Below, one piece after another: positions 32,230-42,030 of a stretch of 64,000 bases of DNA. The notes below the pieces were generated by a model that was given only the letters and a program-made list of their open reading frames with translations, was not told the origin of the DNA and ran no database searches. How positions within the stretch are numbered: the stretch's first letter is position 1; each line of letters opens with the position of its first letter. The position numbers and the translations under genes were made by a program. Source of the DNA: Candidatus Omnitrophota bacterium. Its GTDB lineage: Bacteria; Omnitrophota; Gorgyraeia; Gygaellales; Profunditerraquicolaceae. Location: the NCBI GenBank assembly GCA_028717245.1, contig JAQUOD010000005.1, positions 18,637-82,636 on the forward strand, in the 5' to 3' direction.

Positions 32230-33468
32230 ATGGAATTCATAGCTGATTTTCACATTCATTCTAAATATAGCCGGGCCACCTCCCGTGATATGGACGTAGC
32301 GCATATTGCCGACTGGGCGAAATTAAAAGGTATCACCTTAATGGGCACAGGCGATTTTACCCACCATTTGTGGCTGGAAGAATTAAGGAATAATTTAGAA
32401 GATTTGGGTAACGGCCTGTTTAAATATAAGGAGGTATATTTTATCCTGACTTCGGAGATCAGCAGCATTTATTCTAAAAAAGGCAAGACCTACCGTATCC
32501 ATAATATGGTGCTCAGCCCTTCTTTGAAAACTACGGATAAAATAAACGAGACCCTCGCCCGCTACGGAAACCTGGCTTCAGATGGCCGGCCGATATTAGG
32601 GATGGATGCCGAAGAGCTGGCGCGGATTATTTTTGATATTGATGAGAATTGCATGGTTATACCCGGGCACATCTGGACCCCCTGGTTTAGTTTGTTTGGC
32701 TCCATGTCCGGTTTTAACAGGATTGAAGATTGTTTTGAGAACCAGACACCCAAAATCTTTGCCTTAGAGACCGGGCTCTCCTCGGATCCTGCCATGAATT
32801 GGCGGCTAAGCGCGCTGGATAAATATACTCTCGTATCTAACAGCGATTCTCATTCGCCTTCTAAGATAGGCCGCGAGGCCAATGTTTTTGATTGCGAGCT
32901 AAATTATAAAACCATCAGGGAAGTGCTCAAAACCAAAGACAAAAAAAGATTCTTATACACCGTGGAATTCTTCCCGGAGGAAGGCAAATATCATTATGAC
33001 GGCCACCGGCTTTGCAGTATGCGGCTCTCTCCGGATGAAACCCGCGCCAATAAAGGCAAGTGCCCCAAGTGCGGAAAAAACGTTACTGTGGGCGTGATGA
33101 ACCGGGTGGAGCAGTTAGCCGATAGGCCGCAGGGATACGTTCCTTCAAACAGCATCCCTTTTAAGAATCTGATTCCTTTGGATGAGATTATCGCCGAGGC
33201 AAAAGGTATTGGTAAGGCCTCGCAGGGCGTAGAGAAAGAATACCGCGCCTGCCTGGCGAGATTAGGGACGGAATTTGAGATTTTAAATAGGACACCCAAA
33301 GAAGTTTTGTTAAAGAATGTAAATCCCAGGATCGCCGAAGGTATATTCAGGGTGAGAGAAAGTAAAGTGAATATCCAGGCAGGTTACGACGGAGAATATG
33401 GAAAAATTTCCATATTCTCGGATGAAGATAAAAAAGATACTACGGAGAAACAATTAAGCTTATTTTAA
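32230..33468 (+). CDS. PHP-domain protein with C-terminal Zn-ribbon, EndoQ-like (TIGR00375-type) candidate nuclease
   Basis: The N-terminal DFHIHSKYSRATS is a PHP metal-binding motif. A CPKCGKNVTVGVMNRV zinc ribbon lies near residue 290. It is 412 aa. Confidence 0.55.
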   Translation: MEFIADFHIHSKYSRATSRDMDVAHIADWAKLKGITLMGTGDFTHHLWLEELRNNLEDLGNGLFKYKEVYFILTSEISSIYSKKGKTYRIHNMVLSPSLKTTDKINETLARYGNLASDGRPILGMDAEELARIIFDIDENCMVIPGHIWTPWFSLFGSMSGFNRIEDCFENQTPKIFALETGLSSDPAMNWRLSALDKYTLVSNSDSHSPSKIGREANVFDCELNYKTIREVLKTKDKKRFLYTVEFFPEEGKYHYDGHRLCSMRLSPDETRANKGKCPKCGKNVTVGVMNRVEQLADRPQGYVPSNSIPFKNLIPLDEIIAEAKGIGKASQGVEKEYRACLARLGTEFEILNRTPKEVLLKNVNPRIAEGIFRVRESKVNIQAGYDGEYGKISIFSDEDKKDTTEKQLSLF

Positions 33469-33472
33469 TCGC

Positions 33473-33544
33473 GCGCCTGTAGCGCAATGGATAGCGCACT
33501 AGCCTCCGGAGCTAGTGGTGACAGTTCGACTCTGTCCAGGCGCA
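33473..33544 (+). tRNA. tRNA-Arg (anticodon CCG)
   Basis: The sequence is GCGCCTG-TA-GCGC-AATGGATA-GCGC-A-CTAGC-CTCCGGA-GCTAG-...GACAG-TTCGACT-CTGTC-CAGGCGC-A. Confidence 0.8.
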
Positions 33545-33564
33545 AGGTAAGCACTGTGCAGGTT

Positions 33565-33586
33565 CCCTGCCTGCCGGCAGGCAGGG
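33565..33586. repeat. perfect palindrome CCCTGCCTGCCGGCAGGCAGGG (related copy inside pyrK at 41462-41483)
   Basis: It has 11-bp arms, there is no U-tract after it, and a near-copy CCCTGCCTGTCCGGCAGGCAGG is embedded in the pyrK coding sequence. Confidence 0.8.
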
Positions 33587-33639
33587 ACTCCCGCCAGGCG
33601 CACTTTGATAACTTAATGATTTTGCTGCGGGATTTGCTC

Positions 33640-33728
33640 GCGTGCTGAAATTGAGTTTTGCGGGTCCTCACCGCGAGGTGAGCCTCTCGTCAAATTTTCC
33701 TCGAGGCATCCCCCGCGTCACCCGCAAA
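33640..33728 (+). repeat. copy 2 of the repeated 44-nt-core palindromic element
   Basis: The core is identical to copy 1 (15118-15205) and the flanking stem TTTTGCGGGT...ACCCGCAAAA is compensatory to that of copy 1. Confidence 0.7.
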
Positions 33729-33790
33729 AATTAGCTTATTAGTAACCGGATGAAAATTCGCCAGATTCATTTTAAAGGGAGGTAGCCAAA

Positions 33791-34207
33791 ATGATGGATA
33801 AGAAAATAAAAATATGTATGTTTATTATAGGTTTATTAGATTTGATAATAGGGGCGCGTTTAGTATTATATTGCGGCAACCTGCTTACTCATTTTATATT
33901 ACATCCAAAAGAAATGGAAAGTTTTGTTATTGGGCCATTAATTGCCTCACCGTTTTTTATTTCTATAGGCTTTTTTATATTCTGGGCTGGTATTCAATCT
34001 TTAAGACTAAAAACAAGTGCAAGAAAATATAATTTAATTATTTATTCTTGGGGATTATATTTATCAGTTCCAATTGGATTACTCTTTGCTATTCTTGCTC
34101 GCGCAGAACCTTTATTTAAGAGGATATTATGTATCGTTCCAGCGTTAGTTTGTTTACTTATTATTCTTTTTCTTACCCGCCCTAGGATAAAAGAACAGTT
34201 TAAATAA
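33791..34207 (+). CDS. small integral membrane protein (4 predicted TM), hypothetical
   Basis: This 138-aa, highly hydrophobic ORF lies in a locally AT-rich segment (33790-34220). Confidence 0.45.
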   Translation: MMDKKIKICMFIIGLLDLIIGARLVLYCGNLLTHFILHPKEMESFVIGPLIASPFFISIGFFIFWAGIQSLRLKTSARKYNLIIYSWGLYLSVPIGLLFAILARAEPLFKRILCIVPALVCLLIILFLTRPRIKEQFK

Positions 34208-34229
34208 CGCTGATTAATTTTTAGAAGAT

Positions 34230-34694
34230 ATGCGTAAAAAGGTGGTAGGGGTGATTGGGGGGCATGAGTGTACGAAGGAAGTGGAGCAGATAGCCCAAGA
34301 ATTGGGTAAAAAGTTGGCAAAAGTGGTGGATATTCTGGTTTGTGGGGGCTTAAGTGGAACGATGAAGGCGGTTTGTCAGGGTTTTAAGGTTGGAGAAGGC
34401 CTAACTATAGGCGTTCTACCAGGTTACGATAAGCACGATGCCAATGTTTTTGTAGATATAGCTATCCCTACAGGTATGGGTTTAGCGAGAAATGTTTTAG
34501 TGGTAAAGAGCGCGGATGTGGTGGTTGCGCTTCCCGGGGAAGCAGGGACGCTTTCTGAGATTGCTTATTGTATACAGTTTGGCATACCAATAATCAGTCT
34601 TCATTCTTGGGATATAAAAGGTGTAATCAAAGTGGCGACAGCTGAGGAGGCAGTAGATAAAGTCAAACAACTCTTAAAGGAGAGCAAGCAATGA
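34230..34694 (+). CDS. LOG-family (TIGR00725-like) Rossmann-fold nucleotide-binding protein
   Basis: It has the GGLSGTM and PGEAGTLSE motifs (LOG family GGGxGxMG / PGGxGTxEE) and is 154 aa. The stop overlaps the carA start by 4 nt. Confidence 0.6.
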   Translation: MRKKVVGVIGGHECTKEVEQIAQELGKKLAKVVDILVCGGLSGTMKAVCQGFKVGEGLTIGVLPGYDKHDANVFVDIAIPTGMGLARNVLVVKSADVVVALPGEAGTLSEIAYCIQFGIPIISLHSWDIKGVIKVATAEEAVDKVKQLLKESKQ

Positions 34695-35770
34695 AGGCAA
34701 TTCTGATGTTGGAAGATGGTAAGATTTTTACGGGTGAGAGTTTGGGCGCAGAAGGAGAAAGGATTGGCGAGGTAATTTTTAATACCGCAGTAGTGGGTTA
34801 TCAGGAGATGATCACTGACCCGGCTAATGCCGGCAAGATTTTGGTCCTTACTTATCCTTTAATCGGTAATTACGGAGTCGCGCCAAAGTTCAATGAGTCC
34901 AAAAATATTTGGCTTTCCGGCCTGGTAGTGAAAAATATTTCGCGCGTCTATTCTAACTGGCAGGCAAAGGGGAGTTTGGAAGATTTTATGATCGCGCATA
35001 AGCTGGTAGGGATTAGCGCAGTGGATACGCGCACTTTAGCCGTGCATTTAAGGCAAAAGGGTTCTCTCTTCGGGATAATTTCTACTCAGAATTTTGAAAG
35101 TAAGGAACTCTTAGCCAAGATAAATACCTTTAAAAAGAAATCCATAGAGAGCCTATTGCCTAAAATTTCCGTTACAAGACCCCTGCACTTGGGCAAGGCC
35201 AAGGCAAAGCAAAAAATAGCTATCTTGGATTTGGGTATCGCTAATAGTATCATCAGGCAACTGGAAGCGCTGGGTTTTTCTCTCACAGTTTTGCCTTATA
35301 ATACTCCGGCAGCGGAAATCCTGCGCCACAAACCTAAGGGGTTGATTATTTCAAACGGCCCCGAAGAAGACCCGGCCTTAAAAGAAGTGGCTAATAATAT
35401 CAAGCCTCTGATTAATAAGCTGCCTATGCTAGGAATATCTACCGGCCATCAGGTCCTGGCAGCGGCGTTGGGTGCTAAGATAACTAGGTTAAGGCTGGGG
35501 CATCGCGGCGTCAATTATCCTATAAATAACCCCGTTTCTTATAAAGGCGAGATCACCGTGCAGAACCATGCCTGCGTAGTAGACGCTGATTCGCTCCATA
35601 AAATAAAAGAGATAAAGATTACGGCGCGTAACCTCAATGACCGCAGCGTCGAAGAAATAGAGAGCCGGAAACTGAAAATTATCGGTATCCAGTATTATCC
35701 GGTGAGCCCCGGTTTTGATGAGATAAACAACGTGTTTAATAGATTTATGAAAATGTTAAAAAAGGAGTAA
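34691..35770 (+). CDS. carA: carbamoyl-phosphate synthase small (glutamine amidotransferase) subunit
   Basis: It has the CPSase small-subunit N-domain plus a class I GATase domain, and is 359 aa. Confidence 0.93.
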   Translation: MKAILMLEDGKIFTGESLGAEGERIGEVIFNTAVVGYQEMITDPANAGKILVLTYPLIGNYGVAPKFNESKNIWLSGLVVKNISRVYSNWQAKGSLEDFMIAHKLVGISAVDTRTLAVHLRQKGSLFGIISTQNFESKELLAKINTFKKKSIESLLPKISVTRPLHLGKAKAKQKIAILDLGIANSIIRQLEALGFSLTVLPYNTPAAEILRHKPKGLIISNGPEEDPALKEVANNIKPLINKLPMLGISTGHQVLAAALGAKITRLRLGHRGVNYPINNPVSYKGEITVQNHACVVDADSLHKIKEIKITARNLNDRSVEEIESRKLKIIGIQYYPVSPGFDEINNVFNRFMKMLKKE

Positions 35771-35773
35771 CAG

Positions 35774-38700
35774 ATGCCCCGGCGTAAAGATCTTAAAAAG
35801 GTTCTTATGATTGGTTCAGGCCCGATTGTCATCGGGCAGGCCTGTGAATTTGATTATTCCGGCTCTCAGGCCTGCAAGGCCCTGAAAGAGGAAGGTTACT
35901 TTACGATTTTAGTCAATTCTAACCCGGCGACGATTATGACTGACCCGGGCTTGGCGGATATTACCTATATAGAGCCGCTGAATGTAGATGTAGTGACTAA
36001 GATTATTGCTAAAGAGCGGCCGGATGCCATCCTGCCGACTTTAGGCGGGCAGACCGGATTAAATTTGGCCTTCTTTCTGATGAAGGAAGGTATTTTGAAA
36101 AAATACGGGGTAGAGTCTATCGGGGCATCAGTGGAAGCGATTGCTTGCGCCGAAGACCGCGAGCTCTTTAAGAAGGCCATGCAGGAGATCGGTATAGACG
36201 TGCCTAAAAGCGGCATTGCTACTACAGTGGAAGAAGGGATGAAGATCGGCCTGAACATCGGTTTTCCTTTAATCCTGCGGCCGGCTTATTGCTTAGGCGG
36301 TAGCGGCGGCGCCACAGCTTATAATAAGGAAGAGTTAGAAAAATTCCTCGACAAAGGTTTAGAGACCAGCCCGGTGCATCAAATTCTGGTGGAGCAGTCT
36401 GTTTTGGGCTGGAAAGAAATTGAATTTGAAGTCATGCGTGACTGCGTAGATAACGTGATTATGATTACCTCCATGGAGAACGTTGACCCCATGGGTGTGC
36501 ATACCGGAGATAGCATTGTAGTTGCGCCCAGCCAGACCCTGACTACTGAAGAATACAATAATTTTGTTAATCTTTCCAAGAAGATAATCCGCAGAGTCGG
36601 TATCACCGGCGGCGGTGCGAATATCCAGTTTGCCCAGAATCCCGAGAACGGCCACATTGTGATTATTGAAGTCAACCCCAGGCTTTCGCGTTCCTCTGCT
36701 TTGGCCTCTAAGGCCACCGGATTTCCTATTGCCAGAGTAGCGACAAAGCTGGCTGTGGGCCTGACGCTGCCGGAAGTAATGAACCAGATTACCGGGAAGA
36801 CTACTTCTTTCTTTGAACCTACCGTAGACTACTGTGTTTTTAAAATCTGCAGGTTTACTTTTGAGAAATTCCCACGGGCAGAGCGCCTGCTGAATACCTC
36901 GATGAAAGCAGTGGGTGAGGCAATGTCCATCGGCCGTAATTTTAAAGAGGCCCTGCAAAAAGGCATCCGTTCGACGGAGATCTCCCGCTTTGGTTTTGGC
37001 GCAGACGGCAAGGATAAGATTACCGATGAGATGCTCAAGAAGCCCCAGAACGGTTTGCTGAAAATTATCAAGGATAAAATCCGCATCCCTAACGATGAGA
37101 GGCTATTTTATATCAGATACGGACTTAAGGCGGGTTTATCGGTCAAAGAAATATACGGCCTCTCTAAGATTGACCCCTGGTTTATTGAAAATATGAAAGA
37201 GTTGGTAGAGATGGAGGAGAAAATCAAAAAGTTTAAGCATAACCAGCCTAAAGATGAGCTGGACATGCCTTTAGAGCTGCTTAAAGAAGCCAAGCAGGAC
37301 GGTTTTTCCGACAAACAACTGGCTTATCTTTTAAACTCCAGCGAAGAAAAGGTGCGCGAATTGCGTAAGAAAGAGGAGGTTACGGCAGTGTATAAATTAG
37401 TGGATACCTGCGCCGGAGAATTCCCGGCCAAGCAGCCTTATTTTTATTCTACTTATGAGACCCAGGATGAGGCGCGGCCCAGCAAAAATAAAAAGGTAGT
37501 GATTTTAGGCGGCGGGCCTAACCGCATCGGCCAGGGTATTGAATTTGATTATTGCTGCTGCCATGCTGCTTATGCTTTGAAAGAGGAGGGCATTGACAGT
37601 ATTATGGTTAACTGTAACCCCGAGACAGTCTCTACTGATTATGATACTTCGGACCGGTTATATTTTGAGCCGCTCACCCGGGAAGACATCCTGAATATCA
37701 TTGAAGTAGAGAAACCCATCGGAGTAATTGTGCAGTTTGGCGGCCAGACCCCGCTTAACCTGGCCATACCTCTACGCAAGGCCGGAGTAAACATTTTAGG
37801 TACCAGCGCGGAGAATATCGATATTGCCGAAGACAGGCAGCGTTTTAAGGAGATGCTCCATAAATTAAATCTCCTGCAGCCGGATAATGGCACGGCCTTC
37901 ACTTTCCAAGAGGCGAAGCAAGTGGCGCAGAAAATAGGCTATCCGGTTTTAGTGCGGCCCTCTTATGTCTTAGGTGGCCGGGCCATGGAGATTGTCTATG
38001 ATGAATCCACCTTAGAGCGCTTCATTAAAGAGGCGGCTGAAGTTTCCGGAGAGCATCCTGTGCTCATTGATAAGTTTTTAGAGGATGCCATTGAGGTGGA
38101 TGTAGATATGATTGGTGACGGCGAAACCTTTGTCATCGGCGGAATAATGGAGCATATTGAAGAAGCCGGCATCCATTCCGGAGATTCGGCTATGGCGCTT
38201 CCTACTTATACCTTACCAGGCGGAATATTAGAGAAGATCAGGGAAGCGACTTACAAAATGGCCAAGGAGCTAGAGGTCGTGGGCCTGATGAATGTACAGT
38301 ATGCAGTAAAAGAGGATAAAGTCTATGTCTTAGAAGTTAACCCCAGAGCCTCCAGGACCATACCTTTTGTTTCTAAGGCCATCGGCGTTCCTTTGGCAAA
38401 ACTAGCTACTAAAGTTATCTTAGGAGCCAAACTAAAAGATTTGGGTTTTACCAAAGAGATTATACCTAAGCACGTTGCGGTTAAGGAATCAGTATTTCCT
38501 TTCAGCCGTTTCCCCGGGGTGGATATTATCCTGGGCCCGGAAATGAAATCTACGGGCGAAGTAATGGGCATAGATGCGGATTTTGGCCGGGCTTATATTA
38601 AGAGCCAGATTGCCGCAGGCCAGAATCTACCGCGTAAAGGAAATGTCTTTATCTCTGTGCGGGATAAAGATAAAAGGGCAGTGGTATTTATTGCCAAGAA

Positions 38701-39067
38701 ACTGCGGGATTTGGGATTCCATATCTATGCTACTTCCGGAACGGCCATCGGTTTAGAGAAGAATGGCATTAAAGTTTTAGTGCTTCCTAAGATAGCTGAA
38801 GGCAGGCCCAATATCCTGGATTTGATGAAGGACGGTAAAATTCAACTGGTGATTAATACGCCGTCGGGCAGGGTCCCGCGGCAAGATGAGGTGAAGATCC
38901 GCTCACAGGTCATTCTTTACAACATACCTTATACTACCACTATCTCCGGAGCGCAGGCTACCGTCAACGGCATTGAGGCCTTAGCCAAAAAGGACTTAGG
39001 GGTAAAATCGCTGCAGGAATACCATAAAAAAGGAAAAAGTGGAAAAGATAAGCGTAAAAACAAATAG
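35774..39067 (+). CDS. carB: carbamoyl-phosphate synthase large subunit
   Basis: This 1097-aa protein has duplicated ATP-grasp halves and a C-terminal MGS-like domain. Confidence 0.96.
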   Translation: MPRRKDLKKVLMIGSGPIVIGQACEFDYSGSQACKALKEEGYFTILVNSNPATIMTDPGLADITYIEPLNVDVVTKIIAKERPDAILPTLGGQTGLNLAFFLMKEGILKKYGVESIGASVEAIACAEDRELFKKAMQEIGIDVPKSGIATTVEEGMKIGLNIGFPLILRPAYCLGGSGGATAYNKEELEKFLDKGLETSPVHQILVEQSVLGWKEIEFEVMRDCVDNVIMITSMENVDPMGVHTGDSIVVAPSQTLTTEEYNNFVNLSKKIIRRVGITGGGANIQFAQNPENGHIVIIEVNPRLSRSSALASKATGFPIARVATKLAVGLTLPEVMNQITGKTTSFFEPTVDYCVFKICRFTFEKFPRAERLLNTSMKAVGEAMSIGRNFKEALQKGIRSTEISRFGFGADGKDKITDEMLKKPQNGLLKIIKDKIRIPNDERLFYIRYGLKAGLSVKEIYGLSKIDPWFIENMKELVEMEEKIKKFKHNQPKDELDMPLELLKEAKQDGFSDKQLAYLLNSSEEKVRELRKKEEVTAVYKLVDTCAGEFPAKQPYFYSTYETQDEARPSKNKKVVILGGGPNRIGQGIEFDYCCCHAAYALKEEGIDSIMVNCNPETVSTDYDTSDRLYFEPLTREDILNIIEVEKPIGVIVQFGGQTPLNLAIPLRKAGVNILGTSAENIDIAEDRQRFKEMLHKLNLLQPDNGTAFTFQEAKQVAQKIGYPVLVRPSYVLGGRAMEIVYDESTLERFIKEAAEVSGEHPVLIDKFLEDAIEVDVDMIGDGETFVIGGIMEHIEEAGIHSGDSAMALPTYTLPGGILEKIREATYKMAKELEVVGLMNVQYAVKEDKVYVLEVNPRASRTIPFVSKAIGVPLAKLATKVILGAKLKDLGFTKEIIPKHVAVKESVFPFSRFPGVDIILGPEMKSTGEVMGIDADFGRAYIKSQIAAGQNLPRKGNVFISVRDKDKRAVVFIAKKLRDLGFHIYATSGTAIGLEKNGIKVLVLPKIAEGRPNILDLMKDGKIQLVINTPSGRVPRQDEVKIRSQVILYNIPYTTTISGAQATVNGIEALAKKDLGVKSLQEYHKKGKSGKDKRKNK

Positions 39068-39431
39068 CCGTATCGAGTTAGTGGATATTACGGAGAGAAT
39101 CCAGGCAATAGTATCTAAAAGCAAAGTTAAAGATGGCGTGTGTTTTCTCTTCTGTCCGCATACTACTGCCGGGCTGACTATCAATGAAAACGCAGATCCG
39201 TCGGTCAGGCAGGATATTATCCGTGCCCTGAATAAGCTCATCCCGGAAAATGCCGGATACACGCATAGTGAAGGCAATTCCGATAGCCATATCAAGGCAG
39301 CGCTCTTTGGTTCTTCCCTAACTATATTTATTGAGAGTGGCCGCTTGGCATTCGGCACTTGGCAGGGGATATATTTTTGCGAAGGCGACGGACCGCGCTC
39401 CAGAGAGGTCTGGGTTAAAATTTTAAGTTAG
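39039..39431 (+). CDS. YjbQ/UPF0047 family protein (secondary thiamine-phosphate synthase-like)
   Basis: It has the YjbQ pattern [21 protein letters not shown]...HIKAAL and is 130 aa. It overlaps the carB 3' end by 29 nt. Confidence 0.75.
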   Translation: MEKISVKTNSRIELVDITERIQAIVSKSKVKDGVCFLFCPHTTAGLTINENADPSVRQDIIRALNKLIPENAGYTHSEGNSDSHIKAALFGSSLTIFIESGRLAFGTWQGIYFCEGDGPRSREVWVKILS

Positions 39432-39550
39432 CACCTGGTGTGAATCCAATCGGGCACCAGGTGCGAATTCAAGATTGTACCAGGTACAAGATTAGATTTG
39501 GAAACGGTACAAGATTAGTTTCGCACCTGGTACGAGATTAGCTCGGCACC
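39432..39550. repeat. array of 5-6 palindromic GCACCNGGTGC-type units (upstream of mutM)
   Basis: The units CACCTGGTG, GCACCAGGTGC, GTACCAGGTAC, GCACCTGGTAC and GCACCTAGTGC are separated by spacers of about 10-18 nt that contain AAGATTAG. Confidence 0.8.
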
Positions 39551-39552
39551 TA

Positions 39553-40368
39553 GTGCAAGGAGAAGAAATGCCGGAGTTACCGGAAGTTGAGACCATAAAA
39601 AGGGAATTAGAAAAAGCAGTCCTGGGCAAGAAGATTACCGAGGTCTATGTGCATCGTGCTGTGGTTATTCGTCAACCCTCTGTAAAGAGATTTAAGCTGG
39701 GCTTAACCGGCGCCAGCATTAAGCATATCTTGCGTAAGGCCAAGGTTTTGATTTTGGAGCTTTCTAACGGTAAGGCCCTGGTTATTCATTTGAAGATGAC
39801 CGGCCAACTGGTTTATCCGGGTAATGATAAAGCCAGCCGGGTGAGTTTTAAATTATCCGGCGGTAAAACCCTGGATTTTAACGACCAGAGATTATTTGCG
39901 GAACTGCGGCTGATGGATGATTGGCGCAGCTTAAAATTTATCCAGGGATTAGGCCCGGAGCCGTTTGCTATAACCGCGGAAGAATTCAAAGGCATGCTCA
40001 GCAGTAAAAAGACTAAAATCAAACCACTGCTTTTGGACCAAACATTTATTTCCGGCATAGGCAATCTCTATGCTGCGGAAGCGCTCTTTCGGGCCGGGAT
40101 TCATCCTGAACGGCCCGCGTCTTCTTTAACAGATAGAGAAAAAGCTTTGTTATTTCGGGAAATAAAAGATACTTTATCCGAAGCTATAAGATACAAAGGT
40201 TCCTCGGTAGACCAATACGTGCAGTTATCGGGTGAACCCGGAGACTACGCGCAATATCATAAGGTATATGGCCGCGAAGGTAAGCCTTGTTTGGTCTGCA
40301 AAACACCGATTAAAAGGATGGCCTTAGGCGGCAGGGGGACTTATTTCTGCCCGAGGTGCCAGCGCTAA
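39553..40368 (+). CDS. mutM: formamidopyrimidine-DNA glycosylase
   Basis: It has the N-terminal MPELPEVE and a C-terminal zinc finger CxxC...CxxC, and is 271 aa. Confidence 0.9.
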   Translation: MQGEEMPELPEVETIKRELEKAVLGKKITEVYVHRAVVIRQPSVKRFKLGLTGASIKHILRKAKVLILELSNGKALVIHLKMTGQLVYPGNDKASRVSFKLSGGKTLDFNDQRLFAELRLMDDWRSLKFIQGLGPEPFAITAEEFKGMLSSKKTKIKPLLLDQTFISGIGNLYAAEALFRAGIHPERPASSLTDREKALLFREIKDTLSEAIRYKGSSVDQYVQLSGEPGDYAQYHKVYGREGKPCLVCKTPIKRMALGGRGTYFCPRCQR

Positions 40369-40369
40369 A

Positions 40370-41053
40370 ATGAAAAAACGCCTGAAGATAAACGGACTGA
40401 TTATGTTTCTGGCAGTTGTTTTGATCCTGGCTTTTCCTAAGATATTTTTCCGGCGGCCGCAGGCACTTTTCTGGGACGGATTCGCCAATATCTGCGGTAT
40501 TGCGCTTATTCTTTTAGGCCAGATTTTTCGGGCCTCTGGCCGGGGTTACAAATCCGCAAATTCCCAAAATAGCCGCTCTTTGATTGAGCGGGGGCCTTAT
40601 ACCCTGGTGCGTAACCCCATGTATCTGGGTATACTTTTAACCGGGCTGGGGGTTGTACTTGCGCTCTTTAATTTCTGGGCGCTGGTTATTTTCCTGTGCG
40701 TTTTTATTGTACGCTACATCTTCCTTATCTTTCAGGAAGAAAAGAAACTTGTAGCAGTGTTTGGCCAGGCGTACCAGGATTACCAGCAAAGAGTCCCCCG
40801 CCTTATCCCTGCTTGGGGCGCGCTATTAAAGAAAGATATCGCAGAATACCTTCCATTAAAAACGCTCTGGCTAAAAAAAGAAATAGGCTCAATATTAGCC
40901 GTGCTTTTTGTTGTTTTTTTGATAGAGGGTTGGAACGATGCGCTCAGCATGGGTTTAAGTATGTATCTACGCAAAACAGTATTAACCTTAAGTGTCATTA
41001 TCGTATTCTCAGGCCTGATTATTTATTTGCTCAAAAAGACAGGTGAACGGTAA
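40370..41053 (+). CDS. membrane methyltransferase, isoprenylcysteine carboxyl methyltransferase (ICMT/PEMT) family
   Basis: It is a multi-TM protein with RGPYTLVRNPMYLG, the ICMT/PEMT signature, and is 227 aa. Confidence 0.65.
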   Translation: MKKRLKINGLIMFLAVVLILAFPKIFFRRPQALFWDGFANICGIALILLGQIFRASGRGYKSANSQNSRSLIERGPYTLVRNPMYLGILLTGLGVVLALFNFWALVIFLCVFIVRYIFLIFQEEKKLVAVFGQAYQDYQQRVPRLIPAWGALLKKDIAEYLPLKTLWLKKEIGSILAVLFVVFLIEGWNDALSMGLSMYLRKTVLTLSVIIVFSGLIIYLLKKTGER

Positions 41054-41918
41054 AAAGATGCTTCAAATCAAGGCAAAAATACTTTATAATAAAAGGATTA
41101 AGGGTAATTATTTTCAACTGGTCCTGGGAGCTTCGCAGATAGCCAAAGAAGCCCAGCCAGGACAATTTGTGAATATCAGGGTAAACGGCGGCGCTTTTGA
41201 ACCGCTGCTGCGCCGGCCCTTTAGTATCCATAAGGCCTCAAGAGGTAGCATAGAGATTCTTTATGAGGTGCTGGGTGAGGCGACGCAGATTTTATCAACT
41301 CGCAAGGCAGGGGAATATTCAGATGTGATTGGGCCATTAGGGCATGGTTTTAATTACAGCTTACAGCTTACAGCTTACAGCTTACGGATATTAGTTGCCG
41401 GCGGCATGGGAGTCGCGCCGCTTTTATTCCTCGCGGAAAAAATACAGAGGTGTCAAAGTGTCCCTGCCTGTCCGGCAGGCAGGAAAGTGTCAAAGTATCA
41501 AAGTATGGTATTAATAGGAGCTAAGACAAAATATCAGCTTTTCTGCGAAAAAGAGTTTAAAGATTTAGGTTGCGCAGTAAAAATCGCCACTGACGACGGC
41601 TCAAGAGGTTTTAAGGGCAAGGTTACTGAGTTGTTAAAACATATTCTACCAACGACCAACGACCAACGACCAACGACCATATACGCTTGCGGCCCAAGGC
41701 CGATGTTAAAACAAGTTGCGTTGATTTCTCAAAAACATAAAATTCCCGGTCAGATTTCTTTAGAAGAACATCTGGCCTGCGGCATAGGTGCGTGTTTAGG
41801 TTGCGTAGTGAATACGACAGGAGGTTTTCAGAGAGTCTGTAAAGAAGGCCCGGTCTTTAGCGCTGATAGTATAATCTGGTCAAATGAAGACGAGACTTAT
41901 GGAGCGAAGCGAACGTAA
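41043..41918 (+). CDS. pyrK: dihydroorotate dehydrogenase electron-transfer subunit PyrK (with three in-frame repeat insertions)
   Basis: It has the FAD-binding RRPFSI, an NAD-binding domain, and C-terminal Cys ligands CGIGACLGCVV for the 2Fe-2S cluster. Confidence 0.8.
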   Translation: MNGKKMLQIKAKILYNKRIKGNYFQLVLGASQIAKEAQPGQFVNIRVNGGAFEPLLRRPFSIHKASRGSIEILYEVLGEATQILSTRKAGEYSDVIGPLGHGFNYSLQLTAYSLRILVAGGMGVAPLLFLAEKIQRCQSVPACPAGRKVSKYQSMVLIGAKTKYQLFCEKEFKDLGCAVKIATDDGSRGFKGKVTELLKHILPTTNDQRPTTIYACGPRPMLKQVALISQKHKIPGQISLEEHLACGIGACLGCVVNTTGGFQRVCKEGPVFSADSIIWSNEDETYGAKRT

Positions 41919-41936
41919 GTCTCTGTCTGAATTTGA

Positions 41937-41962
41937 CCCGCCAAAGTTCTGTGGCGGGTTTA
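41937..41962 (+). terminator. candidate rho-independent terminator after pyrK
   Basis: The stem CCCGCCA/TGGCGGG is followed by TTTAATT. Confidence 0.5.
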
Positions 41963-42030
41963 ATTCGCACAATAACTTACTCACACTTTGTGCTCGTAAG
42001 TTATCTGCTCATTAAAAAAGGAGGCAGACA

